DNA of 64,000 nt, taken from the NCBI GenBank assembly GCA_950097015.1, contig CATNEN010000011.1, positions 2,914,001 to 2,978,000 on the forward strand, written 5' to 3'. The position numbers and the translations under genes are program-made. Of this stretch, positions 11,201 through 21,500 are shown piece after piece. The first letter of the stretch is position 1. Every line of letters starts with the position of its first letter. Origin of the DNA: Macrostomum hystrix. Lineage: Eukaryota > Animalia > Platyhelminthes. The notes beneath the pieces are model-generated. The model was given only the letters and a program-made list of their open reading frames with translations, searched no databases and was not told the DNA's origin.

Positions 11201-12474
11201 TCAAATTCAAGGTCTGTCCAGCAGTACATCGCCAGGAAGGCGGGAGACAGGAGGCTGTTGCTCATAAAAATCACTAGTCGCAGATACAGATCCCTGTCGG
11301 AAGCGCTTAGATCCTCAACGCTGACCATAATTGCGTCCATGATGTTCTCATAATGATAATCGCCAGATTCTAGGTTTTCGGAGCCGAAGGCTGTACTTTT
11401 GTACTTCTTGTAGATGTAATCGAATCTTGACATGCTGTTTTGAAGCAAACTTCCAAAAATAGAAATAACGAATGGACTACCGTCGCATCCTGAGTGAATC
11501 TTCTTGAAGGAGTTCACATTTTCGCTAGTAGGAGGCTCTCTCTCATCAAGCACCATCTGACTAAGGAGATTTATGCTAGCAGTTTCCGTGAAGCCCTTGT
11601 CCACGTGGATTAGCTCAGCACGACCCACACCACCGCGCTGGACTCGGCTAAGTATGTCGGAATGCCTGGTAGTAATTAGTACTCGGGCCTGCACGTTGAA
11701 GTACTTTAGTACGATCGGGTCCCAAACGTCATCTAGGACAATAAGACAAACTGGATAGGTTTTTACCAGGGTGGATCGCAGCATATCTCGCGCCGCTTCA
11801 AGATCCACTGGCGGCTGGTACCGACCACTTGTGTCGATGCGCTTGCAGAAGTTCTGCATCTTGACGAGTAGCTCTGAATCTCTAACCTTTTCATCTTTTG
11901 ACAGCTTGCCAATGTGCAGCCAAAAGACTTTGTTGAAGAAGTAGGCAACGATTCGTCTGGATTCAGCCGAGAACCCTCTGATCGCCTGGGCGGCCATAAT
12001 AGACTTGCCGGACCCTGCCTGGCCCCAGGTCACGATCCAGCCACCGTCGCTTCTCTTAGACAACTTCACCAGGTACTCCTTGAGCTGAACTACGAACTCT
12101 AGTTCGACATTGCCGCGAGGTAAAATCGGGACGCCTCCTTCGATGAAGATTGTCTCGCACTGGTCTGCGCTGAATTCAGGCAGGGCCGTTTGCGGACTGT
12201 TTCTCGTCTCGACGAGCTTCTTCCATACGTGCTGGTAGGGAGCCTCGATGCTTTTCAGGAAAATTTCGAACGTGTTCGGCTTGTTCTTTTCCAGAATGAG
12301 GTCTACCAGAGTGTTGGTTTGCTGCGAAGTTGTTCGCACCGCGTGAATGCGCTCTCTGTCAGCTAAATTCAGTAAGCCGTGGCGCATTAGCTCGTCTTCG
12401 ATGTCACGCACGTCGATGTCGGCCAAGGCTTTGCCTTTTAAGGCCAACAGCGCAGCTTTCTGCTGCGAATCCAT
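8221..12474 (-). CDS. APAF1: Apaf-1-like CARD-NB-ARC-WD40 protein, single exon, 1417 aa
   Basis: N-terminal ~90-aa CARD-like region; Walker A GQAGSGKS, Walker B LIVLDDVWD, sensor I VLITTRH, GxP (CDGSPF), LHD motif; degenerate WD40 repeats ending YVDNAHTVFWL, similar to the Apaf-1 C-terminus. Confidence 0.9.
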   Translation of the reverse strand: MDSQQKAALLALKGKALADIDVRDIEDELMRHGLLNLADRERIHAVRTTSQQTNTLVDLILEKNKPNTFEIFLKSIEAPYQHVWKKLVETRNSPQTALPEFSADQCETIFIEGGVPILPRGNVELEFVVQLKEYLVKLSKRSDGGWIVTWGQAGSGKSIMAAQAIRGFSAESRRIVAYFFNKVFWLHIGKLSKDEKVRDSELLVKMQNFCKRIDTSGRYQPPVDLEAARDMLRSTLVKTYPVCLIVLDDVWDPIVLKYFNVQARVLITTRHSDILSRVQRGGVGRAELIHVDKGFTETASINLLSQMVLDEREPPTSENVNSFKKIHSGCDGSPFVISIFGSLLQNSMSRFDYIYKKYKSTAFGSENLESGDYHYENIMDAIMVSVEDLSASDRDLYLRLVIFMSNSLLSPAFLAMYCWTDLEFEEACEKMELFVHRSIATEENIKSDMQAITLHDIIVSSLRTKFRTETVKYNSEFVSNVLQCRKDCASWHDMEDDCDYLAYNFIYHLVSDGSVPIDEKRDLLLDFDFLSWLCCKVGPDSLAFSYRFAVKALDLQRKDTWQEMESFIRSPEFRIQSLSLAGDQSASAIIQLALNFAEGDSLQQHVRNCAMQHPHSSCFYHWMNKAQTEKQIADTLELGCNVRSYTFNKTFTHVIVVSDCSVVIKDLMTRSTLYRRQDKEFDSDHVVSAFFGSESDSIWLLTASSIIRYQLPEFTLDAANLMSPSMQKDNKRYTLLFPIERPRHRTSSNEKDDERTPAQILWRDDEQSNTEFTAVCFLDEHRLIVGSQNGRIYELTVTGTFINCSFDYQIDKKAQTNLSVNHIASSDSSIVVTGPDCCAYVYETRPNDNVESSSVRKYTGFQEQRDAPIQSMLFDIQPNSRLIVTISKHEIHIWDPYTLRTLATEQGQNSAEFTSIALSDKGAYLAVSTSKAHIYLYRVIVDSSSITGGVTLELVNEFNGSGTRARCLNFGEQSLYSLSELSSESVLTKWRVNIPASSPCFKRNVNRQSSIFFGNECCTLRVRTVYDAVSSHNNQIVMACQSVRRSLLILESTENGNLRHVGKYKGEGSQLGKVLAVGLASDAKSAVFTFPKGIVSAMKNGGGSWTFTYKPEAVVIREVAMLPDGGGFIGSDKSRSLVLYGNKRFERICKRDFEHDRLMPLRMPNAISNPEEVQAVVLTPRTWHFVTESLSIIDGGSIDSADVDSATTLVCLDISDDGRYAAGGLSNGRLMLWAIRAQEEPVSVAARKATPLRSVRFAPGGRLLAGAFDNSRFSLWHLTSGEALALDTLLDCHPLPKAASPSGDYGCGIGCDASVSLAWSVSSGTGFEADGRRYRLIMASDRCVWLLCCLSARDIASRKLLDPSCISLVPQYSCQGVIKALVLGSDAADLLYVDNAHTVFWLRALAKVHGLRRCSAP

Positions 12475-13089
12475 ATAAACTATCGCAGAAACTAAACTTT
12501 ACGAATTCTTGCTGCAAATCTGTTATTGCTGCTTCACTGCTTATAATAAGTTTATTCACTGGGTTAGACACTAAGAGCTGACGCCTTCTCTTTCAAAACG
12601 TTATAGAAACGTATATCTTATAATAGAGAAATCTGCAGCAAGTTGTACAAAAGACCAATGTTTAAATAGCAAAAGGGGAGGGTCCATTTGTGCGTTCATT
12701 TGTGCCTAGTCAGTCGACCGACCCTGCAGTGAGTGAATTAGGCAGGGGTTGGTAGAACAATGCTGCCCTGCCTGCCTGCACACTGGTTGCAGAAAACTCT
12801 CCGTTTAGCATGCAGGCTTTCTTCAAGTAAGTTCTTTAATTAGCCATTACTCAACAATATCCATCGAGTCAGCACCTGGCTAACCTCCAGGCACCTACGA
12901 ATTCGCAGTCATAAGCTGCGCAATTTTTTTTTATTGCTAGGCAAAAGCGTCAGGTGACAAATAGCCTATTTTCATCTCACAGGTAGTGTAAATTTCCTTT
13001 GGTTATGCCTACAGTTAGCTGCCTCCTCATCTCCTCCGTCCTAGCCCAGTACGTCGATGACATATTTATCTGTACTCCTGGTCCCATCT

Positions 13090-13330
13090 AACTCAGCTCA
13101 GCCGTATCTCAACTGCTGTCGACCTTTTGCAAGCTTCTCTGGCAGCCTACTAAGGGAGGCTGGACAACACAATCTCCCCGTATGCTCTGCGGCCAATGAT
13201 GACGCTCAACCACCTGTTCTATTGTCCTCGTCGTCCACCGACCGACCTCAATCCACTGGACTTGCGGACTCAGCCCAGAACGGAACGATACCCTACCTGT
13301 CTGCCCCATCGGACAAACTATAGTCTGGGC
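13090..13330 (+). mobile_element. Degenerate 3' end of a non-LTR retrotransposon ORF2 (C-terminal Zn-knuckle region)
   Basis: Frameshifted reading SQLLS.FC.LL / AAY*GRLDNTISP...TLNHLFYCPRRPPTDLNPLDL resembles the LSQLRSGxC...HLFxCPxxPTDL..LDLW C-terminus of I/RTEX-type elements. Confidence 0.5.
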
Positions 13331-13862
13331 TTACCTGGATAGCTTAAGCTGCACATCTGTACTCGAGGTAGACTTACGACTTACTGGTATATAGCAACCT
13401 TGCAATTTTCAGGTTAATTATAATTATACACCTTTTTAGCACGCATAATTTCGTCATTATCATGACGCATGGAGCTTAATATAGCTATTAGCTCGTATAT
13501 ATTGTCACTTTTTGTATCTGATTTCCAGTATTTAGCCTATAAATTGCTTCATTCGTAAAAAAGTTTAGATTTAAAAAATATTTAATTGCTCACAAATATA
13601 GCTGGAAATTAGTAAAGTGGCACTTAAAATACATTTCTTTGCATATTTTTGACACTTTATACAGAATGATACTTGTAATCGATTAATTCTACTCAACCTT
13701 ATCGGCATAATTATCTCCGACACAAAATGTGCGAAATGTGCGATCCTGAGTAGCTGGAACAACTATACAAAGCAAGACTCGAATATAATTTGAGAGCCTA
13801 ATTTGGCCTTAACCAGTAGTGACGAGTTCCTCATCGTTCTTGTTCACTCACGCGTGACGAGA

Positions 13863-14441
13863 CGACAACAACAACAAGCTACACGGCCCGCCAGTCACAG
13901 AGTTCAGCGTCAAAAGTGGGGGCCGTGTCAGATGGCGCGCCGCATGGCCAGCGATTGGACGAAATCCGGTCCATTGGCGGTGTCGGGCGCTCTGGCGTCC
14001 TCAGGATGCAGTCGGCGTACCTCAGGGTCCGGGCTTGACCACGCCTGATCGGGCCCTGCAAGGTGAGCAGCAGGACGTCTGGAAGAAGCTCGGGCTCTTC
14101 AAGCGGTCTGGTGCCTCACGTGGAGGAGGACATCCGGCGACGCAGAGGACTTGCCTGGGCGGCCTACCGGTCGGTACGCGTCGTCCTCCAGTCCAAAGGC
14201 TGCCCGACCGTCAGAGGGCTCGGCTGTGGCAGGCGGTGGTTGAGACCGTCCTGCTGTACAATGCGGAAACGTGGACGCTGACAGCTACGCTAGAGCAGCA
14301 GCTGGACTCGACGGATTCTTGGCTGCTCCGTGCTGCCTTTCAAGCTGGCGAGAGCATCTGGACCGAGGCCCTGTAGGACAGGGCCCAGCTGCAATGCCCG
14401 TCCACCATCCTGCGCCGGCGGCGACTTCAACTGGCGTGCCA
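13863..14441 (-). mobile_element. RTE-clade LINE insertion with an inverted 5' segment and 10-bp TSD
   Basis: (CAA)n tail at 13866-13877; ORF2 end on minus strand 14082-13928 (DVLLLTLQGPIRRGQART); upstream ORF2 on plus strand ~14083-14446 (VVETVLLYNAETWTLT...RRRRLQLACHV); CGTGACGAGA at 13853-13862 and 14442-14451. Confidence 0.85.
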
Positions 14442-15636
14442 CGTGACGAGAGTTTGACCTCTAAATATCCTTTTATTTTATTCAGATCACCTTGCCCTTT
14501 TGTAAAATGTAATTTTGAGTTTTCTGATTTTACTTTTTTAATTTTAATTATTTACTGCTCTTTCAAAAGTATTTTTTATACGTAATAAACGATTACGCAA
14601 TTGAACCCTAACCCTATATTTTGTACATCGTTCCGGATCGATCAAAGCTAGGTTAGCGGAAAGTTTTGACATGGCTCACAGCGTGATGCATGATGATTAC
14701 CCGTGAATGTAGTGATAGTGTAACAAGTAAGTAACAAATAATAAAATACTTAATAACTACCGGTAATATGGATATTTCTAGTTCGAGTTGTACTCAAAAC
14801 CGCATGTATATAACGCTAGGAATATACTCTCAGCAGTATCAGACACGGCTCAAAATTTGTACGAATTAGAGATTAATAAGAAATTCGTCAGTTAATCTTT
14901 TTGAAATTTTTAATAGTATTTTACTGGTTTATCCAGCTCAGTAGGATTGAATGCAAAGCATAAAAACTGCGTTATATTTCAGCAATGGAGTCGAAGATAG
15001 GTAATTATATAAAGATATTTACCATCTTTATAAATTATCGAACTCCCTGCACTGACTGACTATACATGCACTCCCTGGGACTTTAATTGCATGCGAATGG
15101 CACTTTAACAGTACTTGCGTAGAAATACAACGGGGGAAATTTAAAATACCAATCTCTTTTTTTCTGTTTCTCTTAAAATATTCAACCATCACCATGAAAA
15201 TCCAGAACATCGACTATAATTTTCCACTTTATCCGATAAAATAACTACCAGAATCGCAAAAATAGGCATCATCGAAATATTCAACACGATTCGATTCTCG
15301 TCGCGGAGTGTCAGGTGCAGGTAAGAAATTAAGGGATATTTTTTTAGCTCACAGAATTTCATCATTTTAATTATATTGGCTGTCATTTTTAAGTATTTTG
15401 GATTGATTTTTTTGTTTTTCTTGAACTATACGGATTCACCATAGAAGTTTATACAGAGCCATGTTACACCCAGGATCTTAGACGAGAACCACTGAATATC
15501 TCGACGATGCTGACTCGGACGGCTTTGAAAATGAGTGCATTCGTATAAATGGCAGATTCAGAAGGTGGACTTTCTTAAAAAATCGGTCATTTTGGTTTAA
15601 GAGCTGCTATCGTTTTTAAAGAGCTGAAAAAATTCA

Positions 15637-16015
15637 GGGGTACGTTTCATGCAGCAGTCAACGCGTGCCTCTTGCACCAAGGTCTGTAGCTAAATTTCGC
15701 TGCGATGCAGCATCCATTTGAGGCGCAGCTACGGAGAAGAGGTTTGGGCGCTTGCCGTGCAATTTACGCCCCTGAGGGCCAACTTCCAAGGTTACGGTGA
15801 TATTTTTATATCGCCTGGCGATAGAGACACCTAGGTGCTGTAGTTGTTGTGCTGTAAGCACAGTACAGCTGTACTGTGAGTGCATGCCTCCGTGTATTAT
15901 AGATACGCATCTGTGTGCATGCGTGCTCAGGAATGGGGGCAGAGTGGCCTCCTCGATGGTTGTAGGTCTTGTGTCACCAAATTATTTGCCGTTGCATGCA
16001 GCCTTGGTGCAATGG
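15637..16015 (+). mobile_element. SINE family 1, divergent copy A
   Basis: Shares GCAGTCAAC..CTCTTGCACCAAGG head, GTGCAATTTACGCCC.TGAGGGCCAAC body and GCCTCCTCG..GG.TG..GGTCT.GTGTCACCAAAT 3' part with the other copies. Confidence 0.75.
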
Positions 16016-18094
16016 CAATGACAAGGACAATTAAAAACATTTATTATTATCATCATTTTTATTATCACTTTCAACCCATTCTTACCCAGTCCTACCCATT
16101 CTTAATCCAGCTTATAATCATTCTATGAATTTAGTACAGATGCGATTAAGTTAAAAGGCTATGTTAATTCACAGGCCAGCCAGTAGGAGGCAGCTTGCTC
16201 ATTCTCATTTTTGATACCAAAACTTAGGCTGACGAATATTCACAAGTTCATTTGCGTGAAGCAGTTTTAACAAATGCATAATAATGTGACGCTGGGCACA
16301 TAATAAACAACAAATTTATATTTTCATTATGTTAGATTACATCTATAAGCTAAAGTTTCGCGAAAAAAATTAAATATTTTAAATGGCATTTTCGCTTTTT
16401 ACAGTTTCTATTTTTTCAAAAATAACTGGAATTTAACGGGTCGGCACTCACCTGGTCGATGCCTCACTACAATATAAGAATATAACTGGCTGCTAAAATA
16501 AGAATTTCAAACCAGGGACTACTTAAACTACCTATGTCTAATTAGTTTAGGTATTTTATGTAGCGTAGAGCTCAGTTATGTAGTGTAGTACCTGCGTAGA
16601 GCTAAGAAAATTAATGCGCCGAATGTAGCTAGTCAGATAAGCGGGTAGTAAGTGAAAAAATTGTTATTCAGTTCGCTCATTATTGTACCTTGCCGTTTTA
16701 CCGTGTTTATATACATCTCCGCAATACCATTGATTGCATAAACATTATTTTATATGGCTATGATTTGTCTAAGCAAAAGCAAAATGTATTCCATCTTATG
16801 TAACAACTATTTACTATCTAAATTGTTTAATATAAAAAAATAGCTAACTTTAGAGTTAGCTAACTAGTTAGAATAAGTTTAAGATTAAAAATGATAAGAA
16901 GTTAGAATAACTTAACTATAGCATGTAATACAAAATGTATGTGACTTCCACCAAATGTTAAACCACATGTTATTCTGCATGTTAAAGCACATTAAAATGA
17001 GGTTGCATCTCTGAAGTGCAAACTAAACTCTGATTGGCTATGTAATTTTACCTGTTTAAACCAATATATACTATAGTAATGGACAAATTTAACTACTTAA
17101 ATTAGAATATAAAAAAAGTAGTTCTACAGTACAGCACATTAATAATTTTCTTACTAGCAACCTAGAACCCCCTTGAGGGGGAAAGATCACACTTTATAGC
17201 TCTGAGAAGAAGAATAATTTAGCTATTTAATAATGCAAATCTAATAATATGCTTATGTCTATCTTTTCTTGACATCTCCTTGATAAATGATGTTTTCTCC
17301 TCAACAAATGTGTCATAAAGTATGTTACCCTATCAAGAAATCATACTAATATCAACATTTAAGCAAGTTTGCTGATTAATGATTAGGCCTAATACAGATT
17401 AATAATTTATAATGTTAGGTCAATAATTTATGCTACACCCTTAATTATTCGTGCTAGGCCTATCCATTGTAAAATTGGAATATTAACATGTCTCAATAAA
17501 TCATAATACCTTATTAATAAACCATGTGACCCTCTTAATAAGTAATGCAACCCTTTCAATAATACTTTCCAACCCTTTCTCTTAATCCTTTCTCTTTCCA
17601 ACCCAACCCTTTCCAACCCTTTCCAACCCTTGACAATTCATGTTTCCCCTTAATAGTTCATGATTCCCCTCAATAATTCATGCTTCTTCCCTGATAATTC
17701 TTGGTTCCCCTTCAATAACTTATGCTCACCCCTTGATTAATTTGAAGAGAAATTTCAACTCTCATTCTAAAGTCTTGATTCTAACCCTGAGCTGCTTTTT
17801 TCTAGGCTTTGACTAAAATCTTTACATCATTCAATATCCTTGTATATTGTTATATTCTGTATATATACTTTTTGTCTTTCTGTGTGTCTAGACCTTAGTG
17901 TAGACTTACATTTGTGTCTATTGACCAAAATTAGGCTAATCTGATTTAATTAGCTAGGAGTTCAATGGCATGTTACCATGTGCTTTGGTGCAACATGGCA
18001 TAATTTACTATGGCATTGCATGATATGGAACACTGGTATTATTTTCTGCTCATATTTTACATATTTCAGTCAGCTCTTAGTATTAATTTCGTAT

Positions 18095-18499
18095 AGGGGG
18101 GTCGGTGGCAGTGCAGTCAACACATTTGCCTCTCGCACCACGGTCCTTAAGTTTGTTTCCACAGCGAGGCCACATTCATTTGGGGCGCAGCCACAGAGAG
18201 AAGGTATGCGGGCTTGTTGTGCAATTTACGCCCTTGAGGGCCAACCTCCAAGGCACAGTGAAGTGTACACTGCCTGATGATGAGAAAGTCAGGGCAGATG
18301 TACACACCTGTGTGAGCGTGTGCCTGCGTACTATATCTGTGTGCATGTGTGCTCAGGAGTCAGCGAAATAGGCAGAATTGCCTCCTCGCTGGCTGCGGGT
18401 CTAGTGTCACTAAATATTCTAGTGTCAAAAATATATTAATCACTGAATTATGTGAAATTATGTGCAATTCATTGCCCGCAGCCCTTCTGCAATTATTAT
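18095..18499 (+). mobile_element. SINE family 1, full-length copy B with 14-bp TSD
   Basis: TATTAATTTCGTAT at 18081-18094 and 18500-18513; tRNA-like head, (ATT)n tail, ~55-bp internal insertion near 18412-18468. Confidence 0.85.
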
Positions 18500-18576
18500 T
18501 ATTAATTTCGTATTGAAGCCTACACTAAGAAGGCAATTGATAAAACTATTTCAGCTTTGACCAGTTCAGTTCTGTC

Positions 18577-21500
18577 ATGAGTCTAACCTACTGGCAGAAA
18601 TTCTTCAGTGCGGCGGGCATTCCGTCCAGCGATGTGCAAAACTATGCTATAATATTTGTGGACAATCGGATAACCGAGTCTATGCTAGCTGATCTACGCA
18701 AAGAGCACCTTGTTGATATGGGCATTAGACGCATGGGCGACATCATTGGCATTTTGAAGTGTGCTAGTAGCTGGTGCACTGATAGCAGTCAACAGACCCG
18801 TCTGCAACAGCAGCAGCAGCAGCCGCAGCCTCAACTCCTGCCAGCTGTTGTTGCGTCAGTGTCAAATATATCCAGTGGGTCAGCTGCACAACTAGCCAGC
18901 AACAAAGACAATAGCAGTGTAACATCGTTAGGTCGCATTGTGGCTGCGGTGGACGACGACAGACAATTCAATTTCGCTGAATCTGTGAAACGATCGTTGG
19001 CCAGCGATAGTCAAGCGAAACGGAGAGAAGGTCGGTAATTTAAGTATTATGAAATACTTAACACATTGCTAGTAACATAAAAATGTTAGTTAGGATATTA
19101 TTAACTAGTATCTATCTGCCTAGAAAATTATGCTGTCAGTTTAAAGTTGTCATGCATTACCCCATCTTTTTTGCAGGTTTACAATCGGTCATTATCCCAT
19201 CCTTATTTGATGATTAGAATCTGTAATTATCCCATCCTTATTTGGTGATTAGAATCTGTCATTATCCCATCCTTATTTGATGATTAGAATCGGTCATTAT
19301 CCCATCCTTATTTGGTGATTAGAATCGGTCATTATCCCATCCTTATTTGGTAATTAGAATCGGTCATTATCCCATCCTTATTTGATGATTAGAATCTGTC
19401 ATTATCCCATCCTTATTTGATGATTAGAATCGGTCATTATCCCATCCTTATTTGGTGATTAGAATCGGTCATTATCCCATCCTTATTTGGTAATTAGAAT
19501 CGGTCATTATCCCATCCTTATTTGGTAATTAGAATCGGTCATTATCCCATCCTTATTTGATGATTAGAATCGGTCATTATCCCATCCTTATTTGGTGATT
19601 AGATTCTGTCATTATCCCATCCTTATTTGATGATTAGAATCGGTCATTATCCCATCCTTATTTGATGATTAGAATCGGTCATTATCCCATCCTTATTTGA
19701 TGATTAGAATCGGTCATTATCCCATCCTTATTTGGTGATTAGAATCGGTCATTATCCCATCCTTATTTGGTGATTAGAATCGGTCATTATCCCATCCTTA
19801 TTTGGTGATTAGAATCTGTCATTATCCCATCCTTATTTGGTGATTAGAATCGGTCATTATCCCATCCTTATTTGGTGATTAGAATCGGTCATTATCCCAT
19901 CCTTATTTGATGATTAGAATCGGTCATTATCCCATCCTTATTTGGTGATTAGAATCGGTCATTATCCCATCCTTATTTGGTGATTAGAATCGGTCATTAT
20001 CCCATCCTTATTTGGTGATTAGAATCGGTCATTATCCCATCCTTATTTGGTGATTAGAATCGGTCATTGTCCCATCCTTATTTGGTGATTAGAATCGGTC
20101 ATTATCCCATCCTTATTTGGTGATTAGAATCGGTCATTATCCCATCCTTATTTGGTGATTAGAATCTGTAATTATCCCATCCTTATTTGGTGATTAGAAT
20201 CGGTCATTATCCCATCCTTATTTGGTGATTAGAATCGGTCATTATCCCATCCTTATTTGGTGATTAGAATCTGTCATTATCCCATCCTTATTTGGTGATT
20301 AGATTCTGTCATTATCCCATCATTATTTGATGATTAGAATCGGTCATTATCCCATCCTTATTTGGTGATTAGAATCGGTCATTATCCCATCATTATTTGA
20401 TGATTAGAATCGGTCATTATCCCATCCTTATTTGGTGATTAGAATCGGTCATTATCCCATCCTTATTTGGTGATTAGAATCTGTCATTATCCCATCCTTA
20501 TTTGGTGATTAGAATCTGTCATTATCCCATCCTTATTTGGTGATTAGAATCGGTCATTATCCCATCCTTATCAGGTGTGTAGTGTGGGTCATTTTCCCAC
20601 CTAAGTTTAGATTTTAGTCGTCGCATGATCTCTAGGATTTAAAGGTTTTCTTCGATTTCAGAAAATATTCGAACTACAAAATCGTCTTCTTCAGCAGCTG
20701 CAGCGGCAGCGGCAATATCGGCAGCTGCCGCAGCCACTGGCGCAGTCGGCCGTATCGTCACTCGTGGCGAGCCCGAGCGAGCCGTGTTCAGCAGACTGGG
20801 CGAGTTGAGCAGTCTAAGCAGTCGCGCCGCAACTGCCGCCGACTCCGCCGCAGCTCCTAAGAGCACAGACTCGTCGTCTAGAGTGTCAGCCAAGTCGTCG
20901 AGTGTCTTCAACAGGTTAGGCGGCTCGCTTATCGCCAGCCCATCGGTTACGGTGGCAGCTGGCAAGTCCAGGACGGTGCTCCCAGCAGCAGCTCCCGCGA
21001 CTTTGGCGCAGAAGCCAGATTCCATTCCGACGATTATTCGGCCAATCAGATTCGACTTGGTGGACGATGATGACGAGGAAGAAGAAGAAGAAGAAGAAGA
21101 TATTCCCGACCTGGACGAGGAACCGTCGCCCCCTAAACGACAGGCGCTTAAAGTTGTGGATAAGTGAGTGCTTTCATTTTGATTCTAGAAGTTATCAGTC
21201 GTACAATCTTAGATGCCAGATTCTTCAAAATATACTGGAACCTTATGAGAAATATCCCAGATCCTCATGAACAATATCCAAGAACCTCATGAACCATATC
21301 TAAGATCCTCATGAACAATATCCAAGAACCTCATGAACCATATCTAAGATCCTCATGAACAATATCCAAGATCCTCATGAACAATATCCTAGATCCTCAT
21401 AAACAATATCCCAGATCCTCATGTACAATATCCCAGATCCTCATGTACAATATCCACGATCCTCATGTACAGTGTCCCAGATCCTCTAACACAATATCCC

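Noticed and set aside
18270-18290. CTGATGA-TGA-GAAA resembling a minimal hammerhead ribozyme core
   Set aside because: Other family copies read CTGACTA, CTGACGG and CTGAGGG; there is no stem III or NUH site, and the segment is explained as a hairpin loop.
19170-19215. TTTTGCAG acceptor at the start of the 35-bp array as an extra C19orf47-like exon
   Set aside because: Both candidate upstream donors run into a stop within about 13 codons, and exon 1 joins 20662 in frame without it.
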